Below, piece by piece: positions 62,590-64,000 of a stretch of 64,000 bases of DNA. The DNA lies in the IMG/VR virus record IMGVR_UViG_3300047586_000081, positions 3,014 through 67,013 of that record. The stretch is one strand, 5' to 3'. The position numbers were made by a program, and so were the translations under genes. Numbering within the stretch: position 1 is the first letter of the stretch; every line of letters starts with the position of its first letter. The notes below the pieces were generated by a model. The model ran no database searches. It was given only the letters and a program-made list of their open reading frames with translations, and had not been told where the DNA came from. Source of the stretch: a virus.

Positions 62590-62790
62590 GTGATGCAAGG
62601 CAACCAGATTGAGCTGCGGTCTGTTGAGGCCGCGCTGCTAGCCGCGATGCGGTGCTCGATGCCGGAGCTTGAACAGCTTCCGAGCGGCGAGTTTGTGGCA
62701 ACCATCACTCGACACAATGGGCACATCGTGCAGGCCCTGGGGCGCTCACGGCGCGCGGCCGTGGACAACGCGATGAGGACGCTTCGATGA
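62590..62790 (+). CDS. hypothetical protein
   Basis: GAAAGG RBS; coupled to the next gene. Confidence 0.6.
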   Translation: MMQGNQIELRSVEAALLAAMRCSMPELEQLPSGEFVATITRHNGHIVQALGRSRRAAVDNAMRTLR

Positions 62791-63029
62791 ACAAGAGCTA
62801 CCACGGCAATCAATGCTTCGATGGTCGCACGCTGATCTGCGGCTGGCCTGAGTACCACAACATGAAGGCAGACGGTCACAGACACATCTTCACCGCAGCG
62901 CATCTGCGCTTCATGGGGAAGATCCTGTCGGTCAACGTCTGCGCGTGTGGCAAGTCCCAGGCGCCGATGGAGTCGCCGCAAGTGCGGGCGATGCTCGAAC
63001 GCGAAGGCGTCGAGTGGATCACCCAATGA
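62787..63029 (+). CDS. hypothetical Cys/His protein
   Basis: ATGA coupling. Confidence 0.6.
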   Translation: MNKSYHGNQCFDGRTLICGWPEYHNMKADGHRHIFTAAHLRFMGKILSVNVCACGKSQAPMESPQVRAMLEREGVEWITQ

Positions 63030-63160
63030 GCGTACGAGACAAGCTGTACCTGTTGGGCTGCGGCTGCGGGATCGTCATTCTGGTCGCTGACCTCGCGTTC
63101 TTCGCCCTCGCGGTGCTCATCGCGGTTGCGATAGTCAAAGCCATGCTGGGCATACGATGA
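63026..63160 (+). CDS. membrane peptide
   Basis: ATGA coupling; long hydrophobic run. Confidence 0.55.
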   Translation: MSVRDKLYLLGCGCGIVILVADLAFFALAVLIAVAIVKAMLGIR

Positions 63161-63288
63161 TCTGCCGATGGCGGCGCGTTCGCCGCATTCTACGGCGCAA
63201 GAGCGGCTACCAAAAACTCGTTCTGTTCTTCTACGGCGTCAACACAGCCGAGCACGCGTGGAGCGTGGATTTCAGAAAGGTAGGATAG
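63157..63288 (+). CDS. 43-aa basic peptide (absent from ORF track)
   Basis: ATGA coupling. Confidence 0.45.
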   Translation: MICRWRRVRRILRRKSGYQKLVLFFYGVNTAEHAWSVDFRKVG

Positions 63289-63296
63289 GAGGACCC

Positions 63297-63872
63297 ATGA
63301 ACCGCATCGCGCGCATCGCGTCTATCTTCCTCGTCGGCGCAGCGTTCGCAGGATGCAACGCAAGCGCATCGATCCAGCCCACGCCCATCACCGTGTATGT
63401 CACGCCTGCCCCGACGCAGGTTCCGCCTTCGGCTGAGCCGCCCGCTGTCAAGACGCACGCGCCCACGCCTGAGCCTACCATCGCCCCGACCGATAACCTT
63501 AGCCTGTCCTCGTGGATAGAGTTTGCGTCCTACGTGGGCAACGATGTATCCGGCTTCTCGGCTGCCTTCCTCGCATTCGATGATGATCTTCAGTCTGGCG
63601 CACAAGCGTCGGAGTTGGCTGATGCGACCACCCTGGTCGCCGCCGCCCACGTTGAAATCACATGGCTGGATGCGCACCCGGCCAGCCCGTGCTACCGGCA
63701 GGTCTGGACGAACCGCTACAACCAGGTTGTAGACATCAACAACTCGGTCATTGACTACGAGAACGGCAAGGTTACCACCGCCATCGCCGAGATGAAGAAG
63801 GCCACCGCAGAGACCCCAACCACAACCGAGATCAATGCCGCTGGCGCCGCGTGCATGGGCACGAGTACGTAA
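63297..63872 (+). CDS. lipoprotein with Pro/Thr linker
   Basis: AGGAGG RBS; signal peptide with FAGC lipobox. Confidence 0.8.
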   Translation: MNRIARIASIFLVGAAFAGCNASASIQPTPITVYVTPAPTQVPPSAEPPAVKTHAPTPEPTIAPTDNLSLSSWIEFASYVGNDVSGFSAAFLAFDDDLQSGAQASELADATTLVAAAHVEITWLDAHPASPCYRQVWTNRYNQVVDINNSVIDYENGKVTTAIAEMKKATAETPTTTEINAAGAACMGTST

Positions 63873-64000
63873 TGGGCCAGCCTACACAGAAAGACATTGA
63901 TCGGTGGGACCGCGAGCAAGCAGAGTTGCAAGCACGCCACCCCGATGGCTACGACTTCTACGAAGGCGATGGCGGCTGTCTCCCCAATGGTGGCTGCCTG

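Larger units (their letters stand above)
1..64000. mobile_element. Siphovirus-like bacteriophage genome (large part)
   Basis: Terminase-portal-protease-capsid-neck-tail tube-chaperone-TMP order; dense overlapping small ORFs; no host housekeeping genes. Confidence 0.97.

Overview
The window is most of a high-GC, siphovirus-type tailed phage genome. It has two arms that diverge at about 61.25 kb and converge at a bidirectional terminator at about 19.56 kb. The + strand (61.5-64 kb and 0-19.5 kb) carries small early genes, SSB, ArdA-like, RadC/JAB, a RecB-like nuclease, ERF, three HNH nucleases, RusA, a DUF4406+DUF1599 fusion, MazG-like, SLOG and a sigma-region-4-like regulator. The - strand (61.2 to 19.6 kb) carries Phd-like and RHH regulators, a papain-like putative lysin, a holin, an AsnB/glycosyltransferase/methyltransferase cluster, QueD, ParB-like, terminase, portal, a His-rich protease-scaffold, capsid and neck genes. 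It continues with tail tube, a frameshifted chaperone, tape measure, two paralogous tail-tip proteins, a GGT-repeat fibre, a further GT4 and a metallophosphoesterase. I recognised no integrase, DNA polymerase, helicase, tRNA or CRISPR array. The host may be a monoderm (Chloroflexota or Actinomycetota); this is inference. The best candidates for new biology are: (i) a six-glycosyltransferase virion-glycosylation system whose dispersed GT4 genes sit beside Gly-Gly-Thr-repeat structural proteins; (ii) several large structured non-coding regions, including a duplicated motif with a compensatory base change; (iii) a protease-type lysin; (iv) a recurring GGTACC-N3-TGGTACCAT promoter/operator and promoter-leader-terminator units. 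All family calls come from reading motifs by eye, not from database searches.
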